Shown: positions 45,262 to 54,969, numbered from the stretch's first letter. The stretch is DNA of 64,000 bases from an uncultured Acidobacteriota bacterium (GCA_963800405.1 CAWDBW010000071.1:557-64556); one strand, 5' to 3'. Program-made: numbers and translations. The notes: generated by a model from the sequence alone, not told the origin.

Positions 45262-45413
45262 CGGGCACCTGCCTTGCTGGTTGGCTTGCTGAACGTGGGA
45301 CTCACGGGCCGGAACTGGAGCAGTATCGCTTCCGGGTTTTCGCTGAGTTCGGCAGCGCGCACGAAACCTTCTTCCACGCCCTGAGCGAACGCGACCTTCT
45401 CTTTCTTCGTCAT
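45258..45413 (-). CDS. 51-aa hypothetical protein (below the ORF-track cutoff)
   Basis: MTKKEKVAFAQGVEEGFVRAAELSENPEAILLQFRPVSPTFSKPTSKAGAR. Both ends are coupled to neighbours by ATGA overlaps. Confidence 0.35.
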   Translation of the reverse strand: MTKKEKVAFAQGVEEGFVRAAELSENPEAILLQFRPVSPTFSKPTSKAGAR

Positions 45414-45634
45414 CACCTTCCTCCTTTTGTCAGCCGTTTGGCTGTGTTGTTACCGCGACTCAAAAACCATTCGAGCAACGTGTTCTTCTCAAAGCGGACG
45501 TAGCGCCCGATGCGGAAGTGCGGAATCTGGTCGTGGTCACGGGTCCTGCACTTTTCGGTCACCCAGCCGGGCTTTACCCGCAGTAGCTTCGCGGCCTCAG
45601 CCGCTGTGAGAATTTCGGTAGCGGGAGTGTTCAT
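45413..45634 (-). CDS. Excisionase/AlpA-type helix-turn-helix DNA-binding protein
   Basis: ILTAAEAAKLLRVKPGWVTEKCRTRDHDQIPHFRIGRYVRFEKNTLLEWF. Confidence 0.7.
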   Translation of the reverse strand: MNTPATEILTAAEAAKLLRVKPGWVTEKCRTRDHDQIPHFRIGRYVRFEKNTLLEWFLSRGNNTAKRLTKGGR

Positions 45635-45885
45635 AGTCCAACCCCGACCGCAAGCAGAGACTTACCTTCGAGAACGAGACTTCGGTGACCACGCGCGAAC
45701 GGGCGTCTGATGGACGGCTTAATGACGAGTCCACATCCGCAGGCACAGCGTGTGTGAATAGTCAGACCTTCGGCTGCCGCCATGCGCTCCATACGGTGCT
45801 GGCGGAAATTGAACTGACGCGCGGCGGCGTAGCGACGGGCGCGTGCGTTACTATTCTTCGGGTTAAGCGGGCACACGGGTATCAC
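45631..45885 (-). CDS. Hypothetical Cys-rich protein, first gene of the minus-strand chain
   Basis: 84 aa, 4-nt overlap with the excisionase-like gene. Confidence 0.4.
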   Translation of the reverse strand: MIPVCPLNPKNSNARARRYAAARQFNFRQHRMERMAAAEGLTIHTRCACGCGLVIKPSIRRPFARGHRSLVLEGKSLLAVGVGL

Positions 45886-46135
45886 CTCTCAAAATGACGC
45901 GAACCGTGTTACCCGTCACGGCCTATTAAATCGTTACATTGGCTTTTCGTTCGCGGGGTTTTCTTGGGTGTATCTCCGTGAGTTGCCGAGTTTGAGGTCT
46001 TTATCGGGGGGACCTTCGCCTGTTCTTTCCGAGAGTTGTCTTTGGGCGTCTGCAACCCGATGATTCGACGGCAAAAATAATTCTTGAGACGTGCCCACCT
46101 ACCCTTCGCTTTTCCACGGTAAACTTGCGGGCGCG

Positions 46136-47248
46136 ATGCAGCGAGGCTCAATAAGGAAGAGGCGCGGGTCGTGGACCCTACGGTACTGGACGGTCGAGGT
46201 CGGCCCGAACGGAACCCTGCGGCGACGTCAGGTTTCAACCACGCTGGCCAAGGTCAGTGCGGAGTATCCCACGGAGCGTTCGGTCCAAACGAAAGCCGAC
46301 AAGATTCTGGCTCCGTACAACGCGAACGAGGTCGCCGCTGAGGGCGCGATGACCGTCCAGCAGTTCGCCGAGCAATATTTCCTGCCTTGGGTGAAGGAGC
46401 GAAAGCGAGCCAGCACACATCGCTTCTACTCGAACACCCATCAGGTCCACGTCACATCGACGGTCGGCAACATCAGGCTCCGTGACTTCCGCACGGTGGA
46501 CGCGCAGCGCGTTCTCGACGGCATCCAACTCTCACACGGGACGTTGCAGCGAATCAAAACCTGCATGAGCGCGCTCTTCAGTTATGCCGTTCGGCTCGGC
46601 TTCGTTGAATTCAATCCGATACGCGAGACGAAGGTGGAGGGCAGGCGGTCCACGTTTGACGGTCACGCCTACTCGCTCGATGATGTGCTCTGGATGCTGG
46701 AGAAGCTTCCCGAACCGTCGAAGACCGTCGTCGGGGTCGCCGCGTTCGCGGGCCTGCGGGAGGCGGAAATTCGCGGCCTTCGCTGGGAAGACTACGACGG
46801 GCGGCTTATTCACGTTCGCCGCTCTCTCTGGCGCACCCACGTCGCCGAAACCAAGACTGTGGCGTCAGAGGATAGTGTGCCCGTCATTCGCCCGCTGAAG
46901 AAGTTGCTCGACGCTCACAAGCGGCGGGATGGACGCGGGCCTTGGATTTTCGCCGGGCCGAAGAAGGGGTTCTCGCTCAGCCTCGACAACCTGTCACGCC
47001 GGGAAATCAAGCCTGCCATCGGCGACCGCTGGCGGGGTTGGCACTCTTTCAGGCGCGGCCTCGGCACCATCCTTTACGGCCTCGGGGTTCCAGCCGAGAC
47101 TGCGAAGGTGATTCTCCGGCACAGTGCGGTTGCGGTCACGCAGAAGCATTACATCAAGCTGAAGTCCGCCAAGGAGGGCCGCGCGGCCATGAACAAGCTG
47201 GAAAAAGCGATTGCGAAAAGTGGGCCTGTGGTGGGCCGCAAAAAGTAG
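46136..47248 (+). CDS. int: Tyrosine recombinase (phage integrase family)
   Basis: N-terminus MQRGSIRKRRGSWTLRYW (arm-binding type). C-terminus ...LREAEIRGLRWEDY...GWHSFRRGLGTILY...ILRHSAVAVTQKHY (R..HxxR..Y). The ORF is open from 46091. Confidence 0.9.
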   Translation: MQRGSIRKRRGSWTLRYWTVEVGPNGTLRRRQVSTTLAKVSAEYPTERSVQTKADKILAPYNANEVAAEGAMTVQQFAEQYFLPWVKERKRASTHRFYSNTHQVHVTSTVGNIRLRDFRTVDAQRVLDGIQLSHGTLQRIKTCMSALFSYAVRLGFVEFNPIRETKVEGRRSTFDGHAYSLDDVLWMLEKLPEPSKTVVGVAAFAGLREAEIRGLRWEDYDGRLIHVRRSLWRTHVAETKTVASEDSVPVIRPLKKLLDAHKRRDGRGPWIFAGPKKGFSLSLDNLSRREIKPAIGDRWRGWHSFRRGLGTILYGLGVPAETAKVILRHSAVAVTQKHYIKLKSAKEGRAAMNKLEKAIAKSGPVVGRKK

Positions 47249-47296
47249 CGGGCCTGCACGAGACTCGCGCAAACCCGCATGGATACAAGCGATTTC

Positions 47297-47341
47297 TGGA
47301 GCCGACGAGCGGACTTGAACCGCTGACCTGCCGATTACGAA
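47297..47341. repeat. attR core (within tRNA-Thr)
   Basis: Identical to 30843-30887. Confidence 0.9.
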
Positions 47342-47372
47342 TCGGCTGCTCTACCAACTGAGCTACGTCGGC
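47297..47372 (-). tRNA. tRNA-Thr (anticodon CGU), CCA encoded
   Basis: GCCGACG-TA-GCTC-AGTTGGTA-GAGC-A-GCCGA-TTCGTAA-TCGGC-AGGTC-AGCGG-TTCAAGT-CCGCT-CGTCGGC-T-CCA. All four stems are fully paired. Confidence 0.95.
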
Positions 47373-47388
47373 TTCTGGTTTGCTTTCT

Positions 47389-47650
47389 TTAGTTTACCAA
47401 ATCGCTTAGTGGTTCTTGCTGTACAACTGCTGTACCAGCGATCTGGGCTTCAAGCTGTTTCATGGCTGCGGTAACTTCTCGCGGCACTGTCTTGTAGCCC
47501 CGCTGAGTCGTTCGGATGTCCTCGTGCCTGAGTATCGCTTGAATCACAATATCAGGAACACCGAGTTCATGAAGGTTCGTGGCTAGACCGCGACGATAAG
47601 CGTGCCAGCCTTTCCACTTCAAACCGGTTCCCTCTGCATCGCCCCGATCA
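47389..47650 (-). pseudogene. C-terminal remnant of a second tyrosine integrase
   Basis: ...LKWKGWHAYRRGLATNLHELGVPDIVIQAILRHEDIRTTQRGY... Only the last ~85 residues (HxxR...Y) are present. The upstream part is absent and the next gene ends at 47781. Confidence 0.7.
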
Positions 47651-47780
47651 GGCAGCCGGCGATTGCCATCTTGGCGTAGCAACGGAGAAAAGCATCTGAG
47701 CCTTCCTTTCCCGGCAATCGCCCAGAAAACAAAGAGCAAAACCTCGTCGCCTGTTTATGAGAGCGGTTCTAATCCCGTGA

Positions 47781-50255
47781 TCAGTGCTCCAAAACGAGCA
47801 CCCAATCGTGCGTGATAGGCACATTGGGGGCGCGCCAAAAGTTCTCGATGACAAGGTTAGGGTTGGCATCTGGAGGAATGGCATCGATCTTGTAAGCCGC
47901 AGCATCAGAAAATGCCTGGTGATTCGGCGCAGGTACGTTGAGCATAGTTCGACACCCTCCCCAACCGCCGAAATCATCGCAGGATAAACTCTCACTCCAT
48001 AAGCCTGCGCTCCCCGCGCGATTGTTTTGGACTTGAACCGGCGTTGTTCGATAAGTATGTTCACCGTCGGTGATAGTAAAACTGACGTTGGTTCCATGGG
48101 CCTCTGCAGTCATGCGCATCTTTGGACCAATCTCCGCAACGTCCGTATACCCAAGCCGCAGACCATACTGGCCTTTTTGTCGGTCTTGAATCCAAATCCC
48201 TTTCATGCTGGGTGAGTACACCGCAACAATCGAGTTGTCGCGATCGTGAAATCTAATAAGAATACCCGCCTCCGCATCACTTTGTGCATCTACACTGACC
48301 AGAACATCAGACTCATTCATATCTTTCAGAACGGTCCAAGTGGATCCGCGGGCCAGAAGTTTGCCGTTCTGAACCGACGTTTGATCTCCACTGTCCAGCC
48401 AAGCAAGCTTCTTTGGGTCGTTGAAAGAGTCCTCGGCCACATGGGTCAGCTCAGGGCGGAAGAGTCTTCCCAGGAGATACTGCTCACCCGTTACAGGATC
48501 GTAATAAGAAGCGTGATAGTCCACATCCGTTTCCAACCCCTTTACCAAGGGTCCCCATGCATCATAAGTTCGCGGAGGAATGTAAATGAATCGAATCTCC
48601 TTAGGAATTCCGGAGGCATAAGGAAGAAGGTAGTCACCTTTTTCTTCCTCCCACCGTTTATTCACATCGAACCACTCCTCATGTGGTTTCTGAAACGTGG
48701 TACCGCCTTGCTCGACCCATTCAGGGTGAGGCTGGAAGCGCCACCAAGGGTACTTCATCAGAATGCTCTTGCCGATCCCGACCTGCTTAGATCCTGGCAT
48801 CTGCATCGCCTCGTCCCACGGCGTATTTTCGTACGTGACACCCCAAGGCGAAGGCCCGTGCGGAATAGCTTTGGTATTCATCTGCCAGATTCCACCAGCT
48901 CCGTAGGTATGACCAGCCGCTCCATTCATCATGCACACCCAGAACGCGAACCGTTCAGTGTCCTGCCAGTTTGTTTGCTGGGTTCCCTCATAAACCGTCT
49001 CACCTACGAGGACGGGCATCGGAGGTGTTTTTGAATAGTGCGCCGAGATCCATGAGACCGTATTTGCTGCTTTCGACCAGCTTTCATGACCTGTCTGGAG
49101 CATGTCGAAATCGAGAGCTGTGTCGTCGAGCAATTCTTCTCGACCGGAATGTTGGGGATGAATGGTGATCAAATGATGGTATGGATCAATGCTCCTCACG
49201 TATTTTGCGAGGGCGGTGAATGCCTTAACTTGTAGTTCGCTGTCTTCTTTCGGGTGTGGGGACAGGTAATAAGGCATGCTGACCTCACCCGCCATGATCC
49301 ACACCACCGGGTAAGCCCCATAGCGGGCAACCAGATTGCGCCAGTGCTTCTTCATCTTGTCCATGCCCATCAGAGGAAAGTAGTAACCCCAACTGCCGAC
49401 AATTGCGGGCGCGAGTTGGGCATCGACGATGGCTCGAATCCGGGGATCAGCAGCGTCAAAATAAGCGGGATTGATCCTTGTAAATTGCGGCTCCCACACG
49501 AATCCGCCCTCATTCTTGGCGCGATCATCGAAAGGTGGCTGATCTGAGTAGAGGCCCGCCACAACTTGGACGACGCTGAAGCCCTTCGCCTGCCGATCCG
49601 CAGCCAAGGTCTTGATGTCCTCCAATGATATCCGGCGGCACAGCCCTTCCCACCAGGTGTCGGCGAGCCAGAAAAAGGGTGTTCCATCCGCATACTGAAA
49701 ATAACGGCGATTATCACTCACACCCAGCGGACCATGCACCAGGAGAGAATTAGGAACTCGGTACGGTGCCACTCGTAGAGATTGTTCGCGTCCACCCAGT
49801 TCCACGTCACTCTTATCGCTGCTCTCCCAGTGCAACCTGTAGTCGCCTGGCTCCGGGGCTGAAAAACGCGCTTTCCAGAGGTTGCCGCCGTCCCAAAACG
49901 CCGGAACTCTCCATTGTTGCCCATCACTTCTGATGAAAACCAAATCGAGTTCGACTTCGTTAAACGGGTCCTGATAATGCTTCGTCGGTTGATAGACGAA
50001 TTCGATCGGCTCGTATTGCTCTCCCTCGCGTACTGTATTCGGGCTCAAAGTGGACTGCGCATCCGAGTGGCCACTTCGCGCTGGTGATCTCCTGGTTTCA
50101 ACCTCAACTTGAAGGGCAGAATACCTGGCGATCTCCGAATCGTTAACACCATTGGGAGTGCTGACCGCAACGCCACCCGCTACCGGATGGCTCAAAACAA
50201 AAACTGCACAACTAGCGACCCAAATCGATAGATTTCTGCAGATAGGCGACAACAC
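47781..50255 (-). CDS. Secreted glycoside hydrolase, DUF5060 + DUF4038 (GH140-like) with an extra C-terminal beta-rich domain
   Basis: YEPIEFVYQPTKHYQDPFNEVELDLVFIRSDGQQWRVPAFWDGGNLWKARF (DUF5060-like) followed by GTPFFWLADTWWEG... (DUF4038/GH140-like). Confidence 0.7.
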   Translation of the reverse strand: MLSPICRNLSIWVASCAVFVLSHPVAGGVAVSTPNGVNDSEIARYSALQVEVETRRSPARSGHSDAQSTLSPNTVREGEQYEPIEFVYQPTKHYQDPFNEVELDLVFIRSDGQQWRVPAFWDGGNLWKARFSAPEPGDYRLHWESSDKSDVELGGREQSLRVAPYRVPNSLLVHGPLGVSDNRRYFQYADGTPFFWLADTWWEGLCRRISLEDIKTLAADRQAKGFSVVQVVAGLYSDQPPFDDRAKNEGGFVWEPQFTRINPAYFDAADPRIRAIVDAQLAPAIVGSWGYYFPLMGMDKMKKHWRNLVARYGAYPVVWIMAGEVSMPYYLSPHPKEDSELQVKAFTALAKYVRSIDPYHHLITIHPQHSGREELLDDTALDFDMLQTGHESWSKAANTVSWISAHYSKTPPMPVLVGETVYEGTQQTNWQDTERFAFWVCMMNGAAGHTYGAGGIWQMNTKAIPHGPSPWGVTYENTPWDEAMQMPGSKQVGIGKSILMKYPWWRFQPHPEWVEQGGTTFQKPHEEWFDVNKRWEEEKGDYLLPYASGIPKEIRFIYIPPRTYDAWGPLVKGLETDVDYHASYYDPVTGEQYLLGRLFRPELTHVAEDSFNDPKKLAWLDSGDQTSVQNGKLLARGSTWTVLKDMNESDVLVSVDAQSDAEAGILIRFHDRDNSIVAVYSPSMKGIWIQDRQKGQYGLRLGYTDVAEIGPKMRMTAEAHGTNVSFTITDGEHTYRTTPVQVQNNRAGSAGLWSESLSCDDFGGWGGCRTMLNVPAPNHQAFSDAAAYKIDAIPPDANPNLVIENFWRAPNVPITHDWVLVLEH

Positions 50256-50404
50256 TCTTAAGCCCTCTCAATCATCAGATGAATCTGGCTGCAATCAGTG
50301 GCCGTCGTAGTTAACGCGGACAGAGACAATTTCGTACAGGTGAACCGAAACGACAAATTGTATCGATTCCCTTGATAGCTCGAGAGAAAACGACCACGGG
50401 TTGC

Positions 50405-52813
50405 CTATCTGGGTTGCATACGAACTTGAACGACCGGCGCTGGAGGCAATGAATCCTCACCCCGGACCGACTGCCAGATGACCCGGTTCAATTCGGCTGT
50501 AGGCGCGCGATCTGGATGGGTAAAGTCCCAGCGCGACGATTCCTTAGCGCCGGGCGCGTCTGGACGATTCATCTCGGTAAGCGAGATGCCGGGTTGAAGC
50601 GCTGTGTACGGCGCAAGTCCAGGCTGAGAATCAAAATCCACGAGAAGGCTGGGCGCGCGATCGTCGAAGAATGTAAGGCTCCCCATGCCCAGGATTTGCT
50701 CCATGGTTTTAAGAGCAGAGGCCGTTTGAAAATGCTGGTGCTCCACCATGTGGCGGCGGGTGAAAGGAGAAATTACCAGCAGGATGGAACGGTGTGCATC
50801 CACGTGGTCGGGACCGTCCTGGGCATCGTCTTCCAAAACAAAGATCACGCTGTGGGGCCAGAAGCGGCTGTGTGAAATGGTTTCGACAATCCGCCCCAGG
50901 GCAAGATCATTGTCGGCGACCATGGCCCGAGGAGTGGGATAGCCTGGCCGAGTGCCGCAGGTATGGTCGTTCGGCAGGTGAATAATGTTCAGCTGCGGAA
51001 GATTTCCGTCTGTTTCGAAGGCGTGGAATTCCTTTTGCCATTCAGCAACGCGTTCCTGATCGGTCACGTCGCCGATTTCGTCGCGGTAGTACGGGTCAAA
51101 ATGATTTTTGAGTCCGGCTAGATACACCACATCCTTCACTTGGTCTTTCGTGTCGTGGATACCCCACTCCCCGTAGTCGCGATAAGTAATCCCGAGTTTC
51201 TGAGCGCGGTCCCAGAGGAAACCTGATCCCGGAACTGCAATGGGATGTTCGTGCTCCTCATCTCCGTCGTATGGTGCGTCGAATGCCGCTTCGGCATGGC
51301 CGGAGTAAGTAGTGGTCCAAAGCCTCGCCACGTAATCGGTGGCCGTGGCCGCCATGGACCAGAAGTGGCCATCGGCGCTTACGTCGCCATCGACGAAGAA
51401 ATTGTCATAGAGAATAAAGTCCCGTGCCAACGCATGATGATTCGGAGTATAGGCTTCCCCAAACAGAACCAGCCGCGGGTCTCCATTGCCCTCCGGAATA
51501 TCGCCCAACACCTGGTCGTAAGTGCGATTCTCTTTCAAGATGTAAAAGACGTGCTGAATCGGACCCGGTTTTGCTCCGGCCGCGGAGAAATAAGCGATCC
51601 GTTCCCTGGCGATTGCCGATTCGGCTGGTGCAGCATCATAGACTTGATGACGGAGAGTAGTGGTTTTCACTTCGTCGCGAAGCTGCGCGGCAGAATACGC
51701 TTCGATCGCTCCACCCAGAATGGTTCCAATTTTGGGGTATCTCGTCGCAGTGGCGTTCGGCGGCGCATTCGAACCGGTGACCAAATTTCTTCCATCCGCA
51801 ATCAACAGCGTTCTCGATCGGCCGGAAAAGAACAACGCTGTAGGATACGCCCCCACACTGAAGAGACTGCGGAATGAATACTCGATCTGTCTTCCAGATT
51901 TGATTTGAAACACCACCACGGAATTGACGGCGGCCAGGGCAACATAGATGTTTCCGCTCGCAGCATCCGCTGCCAAAGCGATGGGCTGAGCACCACCCAC
52001 CGGCACGTCCGGCACATCCAGGTGAAAACGCCGGGCTTCCACCTGTTTGGCGACGTCGATCACGGAAACGTCGTCGGAATCAGAACATGCGACTAGCAAG
52101 TGCTTCGCCTGGGGCAGGTAGAGCATGTCGGTGGGATGACTGCCCACCGGAATCAGCGCCACCGGTGCAAGAGTTGCGCCATCGATAATCGCAACCGTAC
52201 TCTGGCCCCACAAGCTGATCGCAAGTTTGCCAAGAGGAAGCCTAGTGACGGCATAAGGGAATGATCCGACCCTGGCCGAGTGCAAAACTCTGCCCTGCAC
52301 GTAGTCGATTCGCATCAGGGTTTCATTCTGGTTGCAGGCGACCCATGCCGTACCGTCGGCTGCAAGTGCCAGTCCGGCCGGCAAGCGGCATTGGTCTACC
52401 GCAATCTCCCGCTGGCTTCCGAATTTTCCTTCCTCGAGCGGAATCACATAGACCGCAGAGTCTGGAGATGAAGCGAGCACGAGTTTTCGTTTGGCATCGT
52501 AGGCGAGACCATACCAGGCGCTGGGGAGATCCAGACGGGCCGAGACTTTGTGCAGCTGTTCGTCGTAGACTTGGAGATAGGAGTTATGCCAGCCGGAGTT
52601 CGTGCTGATCACCCACCGCCCGTCCACTTCCAGCAGATTGAGAGGCATATCGCCCCCGGCAATCCGATTCGCAAAGACCGCCGGTTGAACATCGTGGTCT
52701 CGAGATTCTGCCAGCGCAAACGGGGCGTGAAACATCCAGAACGCAAGAACCAGCAACGCGGGAATCGTTTTCTTAGGTCGCGGCGTGTCCGTTGGTAAAA
52801 CAGCTTTAGACAA
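50405..52813 (-). CDS. Secreted fusion of a YncE/YVTN-type beta-propeller and a phosphoesterase (phospholipase C/acid phosphatase family) domain
   Basis: N-terminal half has propeller-like repeats. C-terminal half reads HVFYILKENRTYDQVLGD...YTPNHHALARDFILYDNFFVDGDVSADGH...NIIHLPNDHT. Confidence 0.75.
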   Translation of the reverse strand: MSKAVLPTDTPRPKKTIPALLVLAFWMFHAPFALAESRDHDVQPAVFANRIAGGDMPLNLLEVDGRWVISTNSGWHNSYLQVYDEQLHKVSARLDLPSAWYGLAYDAKRKLVLASSPDSAVYVIPLEEGKFGSQREIAVDQCRLPAGLALAADGTAWVACNQNETLMRIDYVQGRVLHSARVGSFPYAVTRLPLGKLAISLWGQSTVAIIDGATLAPVALIPVGSHPTDMLYLPQAKHLLVACSDSDDVSVIDVAKQVEARRFHLDVPDVPVGGAQPIALAADAASGNIYVALAAVNSVVVFQIKSGRQIEYSFRSLFSVGAYPTALFFSGRSRTLLIADGRNLVTGSNAPPNATATRYPKIGTILGGAIEAYSAAQLRDEVKTTTLRHQVYDAAPAESAIARERIAYFSAAGAKPGPIQHVFYILKENRTYDQVLGDIPEGNGDPRLVLFGEAYTPNHHALARDFILYDNFFVDGDVSADGHFWSMAATATDYVARLWTTTYSGHAEAAFDAPYDGDEEHEHPIAVPGSGFLWDRAQKLGITYRDYGEWGIHDTKDQVKDVVYLAGLKNHFDPYYRDEIGDVTDQERVAEWQKEFHAFETDGNLPQLNIIHLPNDHTCGTRPGYPTPRAMVADNDLALGRIVETISHSRFWPHSVIFVLEDDAQDGPDHVDAHRSILLVISPFTRRHMVEHQHFQTASALKTMEQILGMGSLTFFDDRAPSLLVDFDSQPGLAPYTALQPGISLTEMNRPDAPGAKESSRWDFTHPDRAPTAELNRVIWQSVRGEDSLPPAPVVQVRMQPR

Positions 52814-52960
52814 AGGCCCTGCCTTTCCTTCTTCTCACGCCCTCGGTTACGCCGTCAGGCACGAAGGAGAAAACGGAAACGCATATCCTCACCGAACCAC
52901 ATGATGTAGTTGGTTCCCCAGGCATTGTTGAAGAGGTTGCAATGAACCCCGGCGGAAAGA

Positions 52961-54955
52961 TCAGGCTGGCGGTTCGGAAAAATACAAGGGCGACTTGACG
53001 CCCAGCGTGACCAGCGGCGCATCCAGAGTCTCTACCAGAAAGTCCCCGCTCTCATCCTTATAGCCGAAGCCCTTCGAGACTACATGCATATGGCGATTGC
53101 CGGATTCGACCACATCCAGGGGAGAAACCGGTTGGCCTGATTTTTCAAGCATCCAGCCTGCCGGATTGGCTGCCATCGGATGAAAGCTCAGCCAGAGAGC
53201 TTCGGGAAGGCGCGTTGCCGGCTTCTGAAACCAGGAAAACTTCAAGTCGATCACGGGTTCCGCGTTCGGCAGCAGCGCTTCCAGATACATCTTCTGGGGG
53301 AACGCTGCCCGCCCGCTGTGCAGAGCCTCCGGATCGCGCACCTCAAGATGCGCCAAGATGCGATGGCCTTCGTGGTCTTCCTCCGTTTGCAAATCCACAA
53401 CCGATGGCAGCCACTCCCGGCTTTCCGCTCCAAAACGCTCAATGTTGGGCTTACCGAAGTCCTTCTTGGCCCAATCTTCATCGCTGATAATGTAACTATC
53501 AAAGAATCGCGAATAGTCTGGTTGCGAGAGCGTCTGATAGGAAAAGAGAGCCAGCAGGTTTTCGCTCGAGGCCCACTCCCGCTTCAACTTCTTATTACGC
53601 AACCGCACGATGGCGCCGGTTTTGGCGTCGATCCCCACAATAAAATGCGGCGTCTCGATCTCGCCTCCAGCCGGTAGAGGTTTGGGGTGCGGCAGCTTGG
53701 GCGGGATGGCCGCCAGATTACGCACGGCGGTCTCTGCCTGCTGGCGCAACGGCGAGGGAAGCGTAGCGATCCCATCAAACAGGTCCTGGCGCTTCTCCTC
53801 CCAGCTAAACTGGACGACTTTATAGTTCTTGGTGTCGAGCATCGCGCTCAGATCGCGCGGCGTGTAGTGATCGAAATCGAGCCAGGTTTTGGTGTCGGTG
53901 CCCCAGGTGTGCTCAACCTCCAAAAGTAGATGGCGGAGCAAGGCGAGATCGGTCGCGTCCCCAACCGAAAACTCTCCCTGCGCCAGCCAGCCCTGTCGCA
54001 GCCGGGCGACTTCGCGATAGCGCGCGAGCTTCAGAGGGTCGCTGGCGACACCGTAGATCCAAGTGTCCCCGATTTCGCCGGTGACTACCGGCAGGGAGGC
54101 GCGGTAGGGCTCGACCTCATTGGCAATCTCGGTCAGGTTGGTGGCGATAATCTGAGCGTTGGGGAACTGGGCGCTGAGGGTGGAATAGGTCGCGCTGATC
54201 TCTTCCAGGGTGTGGGGGCCGCTGTTGTCGTCGCGCACCACAACGGCGATGGCCAGATCGGAGTCCGGTACACGCACCACGCCTCCGTAGCCGTGGTGGT
54301 ACATCACCACCAGCGTCGCGCCGCCCGGATCCTTCCAGAGAAACAAGGGGGGAACGACGGGCGTGGTGCTCGCATCGTTCACGCCAATATTCAGAAACTT
54401 CACGCCGTGCGCGGCCAATGGAGCGATCAGGCCGCGGGTGTGGCCGGGTACGTCGGTCATCTTGGCGCCGGTCGTGGTCCGGCCAAAACGCCGGTCTAGC
54501 GTTCGCGACAGGCCCAGGCTGCCGGAGATCATCGACCCGTCCATCATCTCGGTCTGCGAGTTGAATGGAAGGGCATGCCATGCAATGTCGCCCGCGGAGA
54601 TCGCCTTCTCCATCCGCGAGCGCTGCTCAGGCGTGGCCTGCTCCAGGTATTCGTAAAGCAACCATGATCCTGTGGTCCACACATAGCGCTGGCTGCCCGA
54701 CTGGCGCAGTTGGCTGGCGAGATCCATGGCTTGTGGAAAGTATTCCGTGAAATAGCGGTGAACCACGGCTGTCTGAGTGTCGATAAAGCCGGCGTCGAAA
54801 TGACACTTGAACATCACCAGGACGCGCTTCACCCCAGGATCTGGCGCCGGCGTGGAAGCGACTTGGGGCGTGAACCAGGCAGGCGCCTTCCACAACAACG
54901 CACTGCCCATGACGGATTTTATGAATTCGCGACGCTGCATGATCCGGCGGTCCAC
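52961..54955 (-). CDS. Tat-exported GH38-N-terminal-like protein (DUF5054-type putative glycosidase)
   Basis: Tat signal MQRREFIKSVMGSALLW. RVLVMFKCHFDAGFIDTQTAVVHRYFTEYFPQAMDLA...YVWTTGSWLLYEYLE. Confidence 0.6.
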   Translation of the reverse strand: MDRRIMQRREFIKSVMGSALLWKAPAWFTPQVASTPAPDPGVKRVLVMFKCHFDAGFIDTQTAVVHRYFTEYFPQAMDLASQLRQSGSQRYVWTTGSWLLYEYLEQATPEQRSRMEKAISAGDIAWHALPFNSQTEMMDGSMISGSLGLSRTLDRRFGRTTTGAKMTDVPGHTRGLIAPLAAHGVKFLNIGVNDASTTPVVPPLFLWKDPGGATLVVMYHHGYGGVVRVPDSDLAIAVVVRDDNSGPHTLEEISATYSTLSAQFPNAQIIATNLTEIANEVEPYRASLPVVTGEIGDTWIYGVASDPLKLARYREVARLRQGWLAQGEFSVGDATDLALLRHLLLEVEHTWGTDTKTWLDFDHYTPRDLSAMLDTKNYKVVQFSWEEKRQDLFDGIATLPSPLRQQAETAVRNLAAIPPKLPHPKPLPAGGEIETPHFIVGIDAKTGAIVRLRNKKLKREWASSENLLALFSYQTLSQPDYSRFFDSYIISDEDWAKKDFGKPNIERFGAESREWLPSVVDLQTEEDHEGHRILAHLEVRDPEALHSGRAAFPQKMYLEALLPNAEPVIDLKFSWFQKPATRLPEALWLSFHPMAANPAGWMLEKSGQPVSPLDVVESGNRHMHVVSKGFGYKDESGDFLVETLDAPLVTLGVKSPLYFSEPPA

Positions 54956-54969
54956 GCCTCAGAAGCTCG

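Larger units (their letters stand above)
30843..47341. mobile_element. 16.5-kb tRNA-Thr-integrated element: phage-satellite-like island or defective prophage
   Basis: Perfect 45-bp direct repeats. Tyrosine integrase beside the intact tRNA. Excisionase-like HTH, P-loop replication protein, HNH endonuclease and P27-type TerS are present. No recognisable TerL, portal or capsid gene. Confidence 0.85.

Noticed and set aside
45909-46238. 109-aa minus-strand ORF overlapping the integrase 5' end
   Set aside because: It overlaps the well-supported integrase start region and has a low-complexity basic composition. The region is more likely the divergent promoter region.
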